Part shown: positions 1 through 9,634 of the stretch, piece after piece | How positions within the stretch are numbered: position 1 is the stretch's first letter | How the letters are laid out: every line of letters begins with the position of its first letter | NCBI GenBank assembly: GCA_048940925.1 | Contig: JBHLOC010000014.1 | Coordinates: 34,371-98,370 of the forward strand | Source: Promethearchaeota archaeon | GTDB lineage: Archaea > Asgardarchaeota > Lokiarchaeia > Sigyniarchaeales > SOKP01 | Reading direction: 5' to 3' | DNA length: 64,000 nt | Notes under the pieces: model-generated | What the model saw: only the letters and a program-made list of their open reading frames with translations | Database searches by the model: none | What the model was told of the DNA's origin: nothing | Program-made: the position numbers and the translations under genes

Positions 1-2
1 TT

Positions 3-704
3 ACTAGGCATTCTGATCAGGTAATAATTACTCAAGCAGGTCCAGAAATAGGAGTTGCTGCAACTAAAACATATGTAACTCAAGTTTTAACTCTTGCTTT
101 AATTGCTTTAGAGATAGCAAAATTAAGAAATTTATTAATGGAAGAAGATATAAATAAATATCATAAAGCTTTAAATTCCACTCCTCAAATCATTGAAAGA
201 TTTTTGGAGAAAAACATTGAATTAATTAAATATATTGTAGCTAGTTTAGAACAAAATCTAAATTTTTTCTTTTTAGCGAGAGGAATTTCAATAGCAACAG
301 CCAAGGAGGGTGGATTGAAATTGAAAGAAGTTGCATGTCGCTTTATTGAAGGTTACTCCGCAGCACACGCAAAACATGGACCAATTTCTTTAGTAAGAGA
401 AGGTTATCCTATAATCTTTATTGCTCCACCTGATGAGACTTATGAACGGCTAATTAATAACGTGATGGAATTTAAAGCAAGAGGAGGTAAAATTATATCA
501 TTAGTAGTAGATGAAGATACAAAAATTACTGAATTGAGTGATATTACTATTCGAATTCCTCAACCCGGAGATAAATATCACAATATTTTTAGCCCTATAA
601 CTTTTATTCCTGCTCTTCAATTGTTGGCTTATTATGCTGCTTTAGAACATAATTTAGATCCTGATAAACCATTGAATTTAGCAAAAACTGTTACAGTACA
701 TTAG
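3..704 (+). CDS. glmS: Glutamine--fructose-6-phosphate aminotransferase, C-terminal SIS domains (5' part lies outside the window)
   Basis: Frame is open from base 3 (…QAGPEIGVAATKTY…). Contains EGGLKLKEV, KHGP and the terminal P.NLAKTVTV motif. Confidence 0.93.
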   Translation, partial: TRHSDQVIITQAGPEIGVAATKTYVTQVLTLALIALEIAKLRNLLMEEDINKYHKALNSTPQIIERFLEKNIELIKYIVASLEQNLNFFFLARGISIATAKEGGLKLKEVACRFIEGYSAAHAKHGPISLVREGYPIIFIAPPDETYERLINNVMEFKARGGKIISLVVDEDTKITELSDITIRIPQPGDKYHNIFSPITFIPALQLLAYYAALEHNLDPDKPLNLAKTVTVH

Positions 705-707
705 TTT

Positions 708-2003
708 TTAATAAAATGGATTAACTTTCTTTTTAATTCCGTCATGTGGATCGTAATAATAAAGAGTATTGGGAGAAATATCTTCTGCAACTAATGTATG
801 TGCTCCTATTATGGAATTTTCACCAATCTTCTTTCCACACATTACACTAACATTAATTCCAGTCTGCACATTAGGACCAATAAAAGCACCTAATTTTCTT
901 CTGCCTGTATCAATTAATTTCCCCTCTATGGTAACTTTAACATTCTTATTATCGAACCTTAAATTGGATATTTTTGAGCCAGCACCAAGATTTACATTTT
1001 CACATATAATTGAATCTCCAACATAATTAAAATGAGGAATATTTGAATTCGAAAAAATTAGAGAATTTTTAACTTCGGATATACCAATATGACAATAATT
1101 TCCAACAGAAGTATAGGGTCTTATAAAGGCGTTAGGTCCAATTAATGTATTTTCCCCAATATAACATGGTCCTTGGATATAACTTCCGGATTTAACATTT
1201 GTATTCTCCCCTATATAAACATTTCCGATGATATGAACATTTTTTTCAATATCACCCAATATTTTCCTTTCTATTCTATCTAAAAAATAGGAATTCGCCT
1301 CAAATAGTTGCCATGGTAATCCAATATCGCTCCAAAAATAATCTTTAATAGTATAACCTAAAATCCTTCCCTTTAATTCATTTATTAAAATCTGCATAGA
1401 ATCTGTAAATTCATATTCCCCTCGGATTGATTTTTCAGTTTTTTCAATTGCTTGAAAGATTTTAGAATTGAATATAAAAACACCTGCGTTTGCTAGATTC
1501 CCCGCATTCATCTCTGGTGAGGGTTTTTCAATAATTTTTTCAACAAAACTGTTAGAATTTAGCGAGATAATCCCGAATTCTTCAGGATTTTTCACTTCCA
1601 TTAATAAAATTATACCTTCTACCTTATTTTCACTATATTTTTGTACAAGTTTTTGATATACTATAGGTTCTACTAATAAATCTCCATACATAAATAATAC
1701 AGATTCATCATTCGCAAAATTTTTACTATAATTAAAAGCATGAGCTGTTCCCAATTGCTCCTCTTGTGTGATATATTCAATTTTCACATTAAATTTATCT
1801 TGACCATTACCGAAATAGTCTCTTATAATATTTTTCTTATACCCAACTATTAATAAAATTTCATCAACTCCCGCATCTTTTAATCCTAAGATGGTATGTT
1901 CCAATAAAGGCTTTCCAGCGAGAGGGATCATAGGTTTTGGGCGAGAAGAAGTTATAGGCATCAATCTCTTTCCCTTTCCCGCAGCAATGATAACAGCTTT
2001 CAT
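708..2003 (-). CDS. glmU: Archaeal bifunctional sugar-1-phosphate nucleotidylyltransferase/acetyltransferase (GlmU-type)
   Basis: AAGKGKRL.P…RPKPM motif, QEEQLGTAHA, C-terminal hexapeptide repeats, HFNYVGDS, GRRKLGAFIG; adjacent to glmS. Confidence 0.9.
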   Translation of the reverse strand: MKAVIIAAGKGKRLMPITSSRPKPMIPLAGKPLLEHTILGLKDAGVDEILLIVGYKKNIIRDYFGNGQDKFNVKIEYITQEEQLGTAHAFNYSKNFANDESVLFMYGDLLVEPIVYQKLVQKYSENKVEGIILLMEVKNPEEFGIISLNSNSFVEKIIEKPSPEMNAGNLANAGVFIFNSKIFQAIEKTEKSIRGEYEFTDSMQILINELKGRILGYTIKDYFWSDIGLPWQLFEANSYFLDRIERKILGDIEKNVHIIGNVYIGENTNVKSGSYIQGPCYIGENTLIGPNAFIRPYTSVGNYCHIGISEVKNSLIFSNSNIPHFNYVGDSIICENVNLGAGSKISNLRFDNKNVKVTIEGKLIDTGRRKLGAFIGPNVQTGINVSVMCGKKIGENSIIGAHTLVAEDISPNTLYYYDPHDGIKKKVNPFY

Positions 2004-2098
2004 ATAAAACTTAATCGACTATTTAATTAAAAATTTCCTAAGATTTCTAACTAGTTTAATATAAATTAAAGTTGTATATAATAAGATTAATTCATATG

Positions 2099-3589
2099 TT
2101 ATAACATTCTTTTAATCTCAAATATGTGTCCGTTCCACGCAGATAAATCAACATATAATCCATATTTATTAAGGTCATTTCCTTTGTAAACATATTCTTT
2201 CTGTGTAAGCAAATCACTAAATTTCCAATTATTAGATCCATAATTTAACTTGTTTATTTTAATATGCGCTTTTGCAGGATTAGGACTATAATTCACTACT
2301 ATTGCTATATTTAGAGAATTATTCCCCCAATAGTAAGATATAATGTTATTAAAAGAGTGATCACTGATTTCTATTGGTTTAACTTCACATATCTCCCAAT
2401 TTTCTTTTCTAAATCCTTTAGAAGGTACGATTTTTAATAAATTTCTATAAAAATCAAGTAAAGATTTATTGATTTCTTCACTTTCTCTTCTTCCTAATTG
2501 AACAGGTAATTTTATTTTATACCCACACATTTGTCCCTCATGAATTAATTTAGCTCCAGGCAATGTCAATGTTATAATAGCTGCAGCACGGCTTCGCTCT
2601 TCCCCAAAGAGAGAAATTGCTCTTTGTTCATCATGATTTTCCATAAATCTAACAAGTTTACTTTGATAATCCCATTCAGCATTAAGATGAGCTTTAATAC
2701 TTTGAACATTTCCATGAAGTAGGCGTTCATATAACCTTTTATCATAACAAAAATCAAATCCCTGCTGTTGAAGTGCCCATTCCATATCCCAATAGACTTC
2801 CGCAATAAAAATGAAGTGGGGAAACTCTTTTTTGACTTTAGGAATTATTTCCTCCCAAAATTCTTTTTCTGGTTTTGGTCCTGCCTTTTCACCCCATGTA
2901 TTCTCAAACACATCATTCGTAGTTAACATTGCCATATCACACCGAACTCCATCGCATAACATTGCTATTTGTAGTAATGTTTTTACAGTTTTTTCTCGTG
3001 CTTCTTTTGAGAAAGCATTAATCTGGATAGTGTCAGTCCAAGCGGGGAAATTTGGATCTTTACCATGTGCATATACATTATCTGAAATACTAAAAAAATC
3101 ATTCGCATGAGAAATTAAATCTTCTACGGTCCCTTTTATAAATAGATTTTTTTCTAAAGTCCAGAGTGAATCGATAGAAACATGATTGGGAACATAATCG
3201 AGCATCAATCTAATCCCCCTTTCGAATAATTGCTTCCGGATCTCTGTTAAACCCTCAATTCCACCAATATGCTTATCCACATGATAATAATAAACAGAAT
3301 ATGGTGATCCGATTACATCCTCATCTCTGAAATCAGAAAGAGCCCTATGATATTCAGTTTGTAAATCGGGATGTTCAAATGCAATTCTTTTACTCGCTGG
3401 GCTTCTTTCCCATACACCCATTAACCACACAGCATCAAATAAGGATAGTTCTTGATCAAAAACCTCTTCTGGGATATTTTTGAGAGTTATAGAGTAATTG
3501 TAATGTTCGGATAAGGAATGGAGCCAAGGCCATGTATTAATTTCATAAATCTTAGGATTTCTAGGCCATTTTATATCTTTAAATGGCAT
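2099..3589 (-). CDS. GH13 alpha-amylase family glycoside hydrolase
   Basis: GH13 conserved regions DYVPNH, DGVRCDMA, FIAEVYW and FMENHDE. Confidence 0.88.
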   Translation of the reverse strand: MPFKDIKWPRNPKIYEINTWPWLHSLSEHYNYSITLKNIPEEVFDQELSLFDAVWLMGVWERSPASKRIAFEHPDLQTEYHRALSDFRDEDVIGSPYSVYYYHVDKHIGGIEGLTEIRKQLFERGIRLMLDYVPNHVSIDSLWTLEKNLFIKGTVEDLISHANDFFSISDNVYAHGKDPNFPAWTDTIQINAFSKEAREKTVKTLLQIAMLCDGVRCDMAMLTTNDVFENTWGEKAGPKPEKEFWEEIIPKVKKEFPHFIFIAEVYWDMEWALQQQGFDFCYDKRLYERLLHGNVQSIKAHLNAEWDYQSKLVRFMENHDEQRAISLFGEERSRAAAIITLTLPGAKLIHEGQMCGYKIKLPVQLGRRESEEINKSLLDFYRNLLKIVPSKGFRKENWEICEVKPIEISDHSFNNIISYYWGNNSLNIAIVVNYSPNPAKAHIKINKLNYGSNNWKFSDLLTQKEYVYKGNDLNKYGLYVDLSAWNGHIFEIKRML

Positions 3590-3751
3590 TCTACTATACT
3601 TTTATTTAAATTATAATCAAATTAATGATTATGATTTAGATTTCATTGTTTATAAAATAATACTTTAGAAAAACATACTTACAAAATAAATACATATAAA
3701 TTTCTTTATAATCATAATAATAATAGAAAAAGTAAAAAAAAATAAATAAAA

Positions 3752-4318
3752 ATGAGTGAAGAAAAAGAAGCATTAAAGCAATTAATAATGCTTATCTCTG
3801 ATTTACGAGCAAAAGATGAAGAAAGATATGCTTCACATGTGGAATTTATGAATGAAACAATTAGAATGATTAGTGCTATTGAATCTCAGATGAATAAACA
3901 CTGGAAAACTGTGTTGGATTCTTTAAGTGAATTAAATGAAAGTATCAAAGCAAATTTAGACTCCTTACTTACAGGCATTAATCCAAAAGGATTAAGAGAA
4001 ACTTCAAAATCTTTAAAAGAAATAATGGATACAATGAATAAGAGTGTGCAAACTATGAATCTGGAAAAGGTTTTAAGTGAATTAAAAGTCCTTAAATCTG
4101 GAGAGGTTTCTTATGTGCCTGCACCTCAACCAGTTGCAGTTGGTCAACAACCAGAACCTATTACTTCTAGTATGAGTTTAAAACCTTCTGGTTTGGCAGT
4201 TCCAGGAGGCGCAAGTGCTCCCAGTAGTGAACCAGAATGGGTTGATCCGCATGAAAAAAAGAAAAAGGAAGAAGAAGATCAACATTTGCTAAAACCATCT
4301 GATTTCTTTGGAAGTTAA
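3752..4318 (+). CDS. Hypothetical protein: helical N-terminus, Pro/Ser-rich linker, short C-terminal motif
   Basis: 188-aa ORF with coding-like composition; no family recognised. Confidence 0.7.
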   Translation: MSEEKEALKQLIMLISDLRAKDEERYASHVEFMNETIRMISAIESQMNKHWKTVLDSLSELNESIKANLDSLLTGINPKGLRETSKSLKEIMDTMNKSVQTMNLEKVLSELKVLKSGEVSYVPAPQPVAVGQQPEPITSSMSLKPSGLAVPGGASAPSSEPEWVDPHEKKKKEEEDQHLLKPSDFFGS

Positions 4319-4331
4319 ATATGACTTACCT

Positions 4332-5690
4332 CTATTTAAATAATTCCATAAAGGATTCTAGCTTAACTTTCACTTCCCTAATACCCTCCCCAATTTTGTT
4401 GAAATTAATTAAGGTTGTAGGGATTTTTAATTCAGTTCTAATTTTATTTTTCAGTAATTCATAACAATTTGAATAATTAGGATAGCATTCAAAAACTTGA
4501 TTAAGTATTAAGCCATTAAATCCACATTTTTTAGTAAAACTTAAATAAGAATTCAGTAATGCATTACAATCCGATAAACAGAGAATTCCTTTAAAAGCTG
4601 CATTTAAAAGAAAACGAGAATAATCTTCAATTGGATCAGAATCTTTTGAGACAGGTACTTCTTCTAATAGACCTAATATGTCCCAATCTGCATATATAAC
4701 TCTCCCTCCTAAATTATAAATAATCTCCTGAATTTCTGGTTCCCAACCATTGAAAATAGGGGAGTAAAGTAGTTTAGGTCTATTTGAAACATCCATTCCT
4801 ATTCCCTTCTTTATACGCTCGCGCATTTCTTTCACCAAATGACTCAAATTTTCTAAGTAGCGCTGAGCATTTGAGTTATAGTCTTGAAATGATATTGTTA
4901 ATAATGCTAAAATTTCTGAAAATGTAGCAGGATTACACGGATAAAAATCTGAATCGCTTATCTCATATAAAATGGTTTTATAATATCTTTTCACCTGATT
5001 TCCAATACGAAATTGCTTTTTTAAACTGTTATCAGTAACTATATTACCAGTTATAGATTCTATTTTTTTTATCGCATTTTCCACATTTCGTTTCATGATA
5101 TTTAAGGATTCATTCTTATTCTCAAGATTCTTTGGGGGAAAATCAATCTTAATTTGATTTGAAAGAAGAGGTTTTAATGATTCGGAATATTTATTCCACT
5201 CTTCACACCTTATCGCAAATTTCAAGTTTGCGTCCAATTTTTCGTAGTGGGATCGATGCATTCCATAAATAGCATTTAAACCATAACATAACTTAGATGA
5301 GTTTCCCTCTTTCACCCCTATGTCATACATTTCATTATATTTATTATTTATAGTGCCTATAACATCGTTGATTATATTATCGACAAGTTTTAAAAAATCT
5401 AGTTGTCTTGCTATACCTAGTAGGTTTGTAGTAAGATCCCATCCAAATAAACTTTTAGCGGTATTGAGGGCAAGTAAATACAGGTTAATTCTGAATTTTT
5501 CCATGCGAATAGGAAACACAGGAATAGAATCAGCAGCAAAAATTAAATCTGGAAATCCTAACGCAACTGAAATCAATTTCTTTTTTTCCTTATTTTTCTT
5601 TTTATTTAAATAATCCCTCCCAGTTAAGAAATTATAAGCTATTTTCAAAACCGAAGTAAAACTTACAACATCATCAGCGTATACACTCAT
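4332..5690 (-). CDS. 2-hydroxyacyl-CoA dehydratase subunit family protein (paralog of 16210..17568)
   Basis: Same length (452 aa) as the 16210 ORF and shares blocks with it (LTGRDYL, SDFYPCNPATFSEIL, FQDYNSNA.RY, YADWD, F.KIGE). Confidence 0.75.
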   Translation of the reverse strand: MSVYADDVVSFTSVLKIAYNFLTGRDYLNKKKNKEKKKLISVALGFPDLIFAADSIPVFPIRMEKFRINLYLLALNTAKSLFGWDLTTNLLGIARQLDFLKLVDNIINDVIGTINNKYNEMYDIGVKEGNSSKLCYGLNAIYGMHRSHYEKLDANLKFAIRCEEWNKYSESLKPLLSNQIKIDFPPKNLENKNESLNIMKRNVENAIKKIESITGNIVTDNSLKKQFRIGNQVKRYYKTILYEISDSDFYPCNPATFSEILALLTISFQDYNSNAQRYLENLSHLVKEMRERIKKGIGMDVSNRPKLLYSPIFNGWEPEIQEIIYNLGGRVIYADWDILGLLEEVPVSKDSDPIEDYSRFLLNAAFKGILCLSDCNALLNSYLSFTKKCGFNGLILNQVFECYPNYSNCYELLKNKIRTELKIPTTLINFNKIGEGIREVKVKLESFMELFK

Positions 5691-6169
5691 TTTCTTATGT
5701 GCCGCAATAATTTCTTATTACAATATGATATTAGAGAATCCACATTTTAAAATTAATCATAAAGTTGTAATAAAATTTATGAGATTTAATATATATACCC
5801 AAATTTTTACATAGTTATCTTGAATAGAATATATTCATTGTTTAAAAGTGTCAATTTAAAGAAATATTAAAATTTTAAAATTATTATTCGAAAAAATTAA
5901 ATATTATAATTTTTATTTGTGAAATAGATATAAAAATGATTTGATATCTATTTACCGGAATTTTTCCTTTAAATTAATTTGAATATAAAATATAGTATTC
6001 AAATGGAACCAAAATATAAAATTCCATGGTACTATTATAAGAATTTTATACTTTTATTAAACAAATTGGTCAACGTAAAGGTTTTTTTTAAAGTAAATCC
6101 AAAAAGTTCTACGATGGATGTCATAAAATTATTTAAATAAAAATATAATAAAAGATTATTGGTGATGGA

Positions 6170-6436
6170 ATAGATAAAGACGAAATTTTTATGAAAAGAT
6201 TATACGAGCTTGTTTCAAATATGAAACTTCCCTTAATAGATGAAAAAATCCATGACAATGTTAAATTTAAATCAAATAATACAATTACTATGATTAAATT
6301 TGTTTTTGATGAAACTGAATTAATTTTACGAGGATTTCTAGGATTAGCAGAATACTTTCATTCAGTAATTACTGAGTCAAAAAATAAATTTTACATTCCT
6401 CCTGACCATAAGATGTTTATTTTAGAAAGTGCCTAA
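6170..6436 (+). CDS. Small hypothetical protein (first ATG at 6191; possible ATA start at 6170)
   Basis: 81-aa ORF. The frame is open upstream as IDKDEIF, behind GGTGA at 6161-6165. Confidence 0.55.
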   Translation: MDKDEIFMKRLYELVSNMKLPLIDEKIHDNVKFKSNNTITMIKFVFDETELILRGFLGLAEYFHSVITESKNKFYIPPDHKMFILESA

Positions 6437-6546
6437 TAGTACTTATGATTTGTACTAAATTTTTTCGAATTTGAATGATTTAGGAAGAAGCGCTTTTCTA
6501 CTTCAATATTATATAATTAAAAATGAATAAAGGAATAAGGTTTGAT

Positions 6547-6804
6547 ATGAAAAAATATTTTTGTTCTAAGTGTAAAAAACAACATCATAGAGGAAAGATC
6601 TATAGAGAACATTTGAAATTTAAACAAGAAATGAAAAGTTTAAAGCCTCCTGATAAGGGGAATTTAAAGGTTAGTCTCGAATCTTTTAGATCAATTGCTA
6701 AACGTCAGCTTAATAGATTGCTTAAAAAAATGGATGAAACAGGGAATCATCAGCTTTATAAAAATGAAATTATTAAGTTAATAAAAAAAGAAAATAGGAG
6801 ATAA
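6547..6804 (+). CDS. Small basic protein with a CxxC…H…H zinc-finger-like N-terminus
   Basis: YFCSKCKKQHHRGKIYREH; ends 2 nt before the TBP gene. Start is 6523 or 6547. Confidence 0.6.
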   Translation: MKKYFCSKCKKQHHRGKIYREHLKFKQEMKSLKPPDKGNLKVSLESFRSIAKRQLNRLLKKMDETGNHQLYKNEIIKLIKKENRR

Positions 6805-6806
6805 AT

Positions 6807-7439
6807 GTGGCAGATCTAAAAAGAATTTATGAATCTAATGATGAGAATAAAGAATTGGATTACAAAATAAATAATATTGTAGCAACTGTATATATCGAGC
6901 TTGAAGAAAAGATAAATCTTGTTAAAATCGCTCGAAAATTTTATGGTGCTGAATACTATCCAGAACGATTTCCTGGTTTAATTTTTAGACAGGATAATCC
7001 TCGAGCTACCTTCTTAATCTTTTCAACAGGAAAAATGGTGATTACTGGATTAGAATTCATTCATGATGCTGAGAAAGCAGTTAGTATTTTAGTAAAAAAG
7101 TTTAAAAAAATTGGGATTAAATTACCTGATCCTAAAATAATTATCCAAAATATTGTAGCAAACGGAAATTTACACACATTAATAGATTTGAATAAAGCAG
7201 CTATTCTATTAGACTATGCAATGTATGAACCTGAAATCTTTCCAGGATTAATTTACAATATGAAAGATCCCCGTGCTGTATTTCTACTATTTTCAACTGG
7301 TAAATTTGTGTGCACTGGGATTAAAAATGAAGAAATCATAGAAGAAGCAATATTAAAGTTGAGACGAGTTCTTAATAATTTGGAGATTACGAGTGAAAAA
7401 CTGATCGGACATGAAGAGGAAGAACTGTTATTTTTATAA
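6807..7439 (+). CDS. tbp: TATA-box binding protein (probably a paralog)
   Basis: Two TBP repeats: NIVA…Y.PERFPGLIFR…LIFSTGKMV.TG and NIVA…YEPEIFPGLIY…LLFSTGKFVCTG; acidic tail. Confidence 0.92.
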   Translation: MADLKRIYESNDENKELDYKINNIVATVYIELEEKINLVKIARKFYGAEYYPERFPGLIFRQDNPRATFLIFSTGKMVITGLEFIHDAEKAVSILVKKFKKIGIKLPDPKIIIQNIVANGNLHTLIDLNKAAILLDYAMYEPEIFPGLIYNMKDPRAVFLLFSTGKFVCTGIKNEEIIEEAILKLRRVLNNLEITSEKLIGHEEEELLFL

Positions 7440-7479
7440 ATTAATCTAAATTTATTTTAAAGTGAATTTTTGATTCAAA

Positions 7480-7704
7480 ATGGTTGAATTTTGTGAAAAT
7501 TGTAATGGAATGATGCTTCCATCTAAAGATAAAACTAAAAAAGTACTTATATGTAATCTTTGTGGTAAAAGTAAGCCTTTAGAAGCTGATATAATAGAAT
7601 CTTATGTATATATAAAAGAAATAGATCATCACCCTGGAGAAGAATTTAAAAACTTAGAAAAAATGAAAAATTGGAGAAATTCTAAAAAAAATAATTTATC
7701 TTAA
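7480..7704 (+). CDS. TFS/RpoM-like N-terminal zinc ribbon protein lacking the C-terminal ribbon
   Basis: MVEFCENCNGMMLP…LICNLCG matches the RNA polymerase M/TFS N-terminal ribbon; only 74 aa. Confidence 0.7.
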   Translation: MVEFCENCNGMMLPSKDKTKKVLICNLCGKSKPLEADIIESYVYIKEIDHHPGEEFKNLEKMKNWRNSKKNNLS

Positions 7705-7929
7705 GAGAGATAATACTAGTTTATCTTAAATTAATAATTGAAAAGTTAAAATTAAGAATAATTTCAAGAATAAAAATAGCATTAGAAAATTTCTAAATTA
7801 ACTCTTTTTTTTTCCAAAAAATTTCATTTGTAGAATGAAAATACACTTAATTTTAATAATAACAATTATTAGTTTAATATTTAGAAATTATCTAAATTCA
7901 ATAATAATTATTTTCCTTGAAAATCGAAA

Positions 7930-8385
7930 ATGAAGTTAAAAGAAATTAAGTGGAAAGAAAGTATAGTAAAAAGTATAATTTATAGGGCATTAGCTTTAGT
8001 ATTAGGTACTCTTACAGTGTATATTTTCACAGGTAGTATTGCATTAGCTACTGGAGTAGCAATTCTAACCGAAGCAGTCCAAGCCGTAAATTACTTCATA
8101 TATGAGTTAATATGGAGTAATATTGCAAGAAAAAAGCTTGAAAGAGAACTGCTGGAAAGATTAAAAAGAAGAGAAATTAATTTAAAAATTAATTTTGAGC
8201 CAATAAGAGAAATATCTTACGAATTATCTCAAATTGATACATTTGTTCCGAAATTATATTTGTCAGTATTGCATTTTTTTGAGAGTATGTTGAAAAATGA
8301 AGAATTAAAAGATATACATGAAGAAATAGAAAAATATAAAGAAAATTTTGAAAGAGTCCATTCAGCGAGAAAAATGTTTTTTTAA
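7930..8385 (+). CDS. DUF2061-like small membrane protein with a soluble C-terminal extension
   Basis: ESIVKSIIYR…two hydrophobic helices…YFIYELIW pattern. Confidence 0.6.
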   Translation: MKLKEIKWKESIVKSIIYRALALVLGTLTVYIFTGSIALATGVAILTEAVQAVNYFIYELIWSNIARKKLERELLERLKRREINLKINFEPIREISYELSQIDTFVPKLYLSVLHFFESMLKNEELKDIHEEIEKYKENFERVHSARKMFF

Positions 8386-8447
8386 AAAAGAATGATCCTA
8401 AATCTTTAAAAAAACAAGGAAATATTTTTGATATTGAACTGGATAAT

Positions 8448-8777
8448 TTAATCTTGGATTAAAATATTTTCCTTAGGGAATCCCTCTTTTATAAGAAATT
8501 TCTTTAATTTAAAACGATGATCTCCTTGTAGTTCAATATAATTGTCTCCATATGTACCACCAGATGCACATTTTTTTTTCGCTTTAGTGATGAGGTTATC
8601 TAAATCTATATTTAAGTCGCCACTAAACTTAACAATAGAGACAATTTTCCCCCATCTTCTTTTTTCGTTGTAAATCTTTATTCGTTGTTCTTCAGCTTCT
8701 AATTTCTCACATATACATAACACCTTAGGAAAACTACATAAAGGGCAAATACTCTCCTCTTTAATTTCAATAATCAC
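8448..8777 (-). CDS. Translation initiation factor aIF1 (SUI1 family)
   Basis: ICPLC..P..LCIC zinc knuckle, KRRWGK.V, KKKCASGGT and IELQGDHR. Confidence 0.92.
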   Translation of the reverse strand: MIIEIKEESICPLCSFPKVLCICEKLEAEEQRIKIYNEKRRWGKIVSIVKFSGDLNIDLDNLITKAKKKCASGGTYGDNYIELQGDHRFKLKKFLIKEGFPKENILIQD

Positions 8778-9041
8778 CTCTTTAATAATCTTATATTTTT
8801 AATCTTCAAATAGTTAATTGGAAGGAAATTTATTTCTCCTTTAAAAGTTAAAAACTTTAGATTAATTTCTTTGGCCATAAGACTTTCTATATAACATAAA
8901 TAATCATATTTTAAAACTAAATAAATCGCAACTCTTTTCCTATTCATATGATATGTTCTACTTTAGTAATGAATAATGTTTTCTGGGAATTTCGAAATAA
9001 CATAATTAATAGTATGAGATTCCTTTTGAAATCTATAAATA

Positions 9042-9266
9042 CTACTTTTTTCTTACTAAGATTTGTTTTGATGCGTGGATAATATCAATTTCAGGTAATT
9101 CCTGAATCCTTATAATAAGTTCAATTTGATTTTTAATAGTACTCCAATTCGAATTAGCCTTTTCAGAAATTTCACTTATTGTATGAAATTTTCCATCGTC
9201 TAAGGCATTATAAATATTTTCTACTATTTGCAAAGTGGTTTTTCTGTGTGACTGATTTATAGAAAT
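9042..9266 (-). CDS. Small winged-helix DNA-binding protein, divergent from the B12 operon
   Basis: HTISEISEKANSNWSTIKNQIE helix-turn-helix pattern. Start is TTG 9233 or ATT 9266, the latter behind GGTGA. Confidence 0.6.
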   Translation of the reverse strand: MSINQSHRKTTLQIVENIYNALDDGKFHTISEISEKANSNWSTIKNQIELIIRIQELPEIDIIHASKQILVRKK

Positions 9267-9483
9267 ATCTTTTCACCAGTTAATTTTTTTTTAATTTATA
9301 AAAAGATAAAAAAATTCATTAATCATTTGTATTTATTTATATATTGTATATAAAAGTATATAAGTTTACTTAATTTGCAAATAGATGCCTTTAATTAAAA
9401 AGTTGTTTATTTAAATAAATAATAGATTCTCTCTTTTTTAAATTATCATTATATTTAAATATAAAATGTCCTTATAATAATAT

Positions 9484-9626
9484 AGTGTTTCCCATGTCTA
9501 TTTGTAATATTTCTCATAAAGTAGCAAAAATGCCTAATTTTAATTTACAACAATCGACTTGTGGAAGGATTGCAAGTCGATTTTGTGAATAATTGCGAAA
9601 TAACACTTTTTAAACTCCGAAAGGAG
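9484..9626 (+). promoter_or_regulatory. Candidate structured 5' leader of the B12-protein operon
   Basis: Perfect inverted repeat AATCGACTTG 9552-9561 / CAAGTCGATT 9573-9582, extendable to 9543-9590. AGTGTT 9484-9489 pairs with AACACT 9602-9607. CTCC-GAAA-GGAG hairpin 9615-9626 covers the SD. Confidence 0.5.
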
Positions 9627-9634
9627 ATGATTTT

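Noticed and set aside
9543-9590. Hairpin considered as a SECIS element or cobalamin riboswitch
   Set aside because: No in-frame TGA selenoprotein candidate nearby, no AUGA/GA core and no B12-box recognised. Kept only as an unclassified structure.
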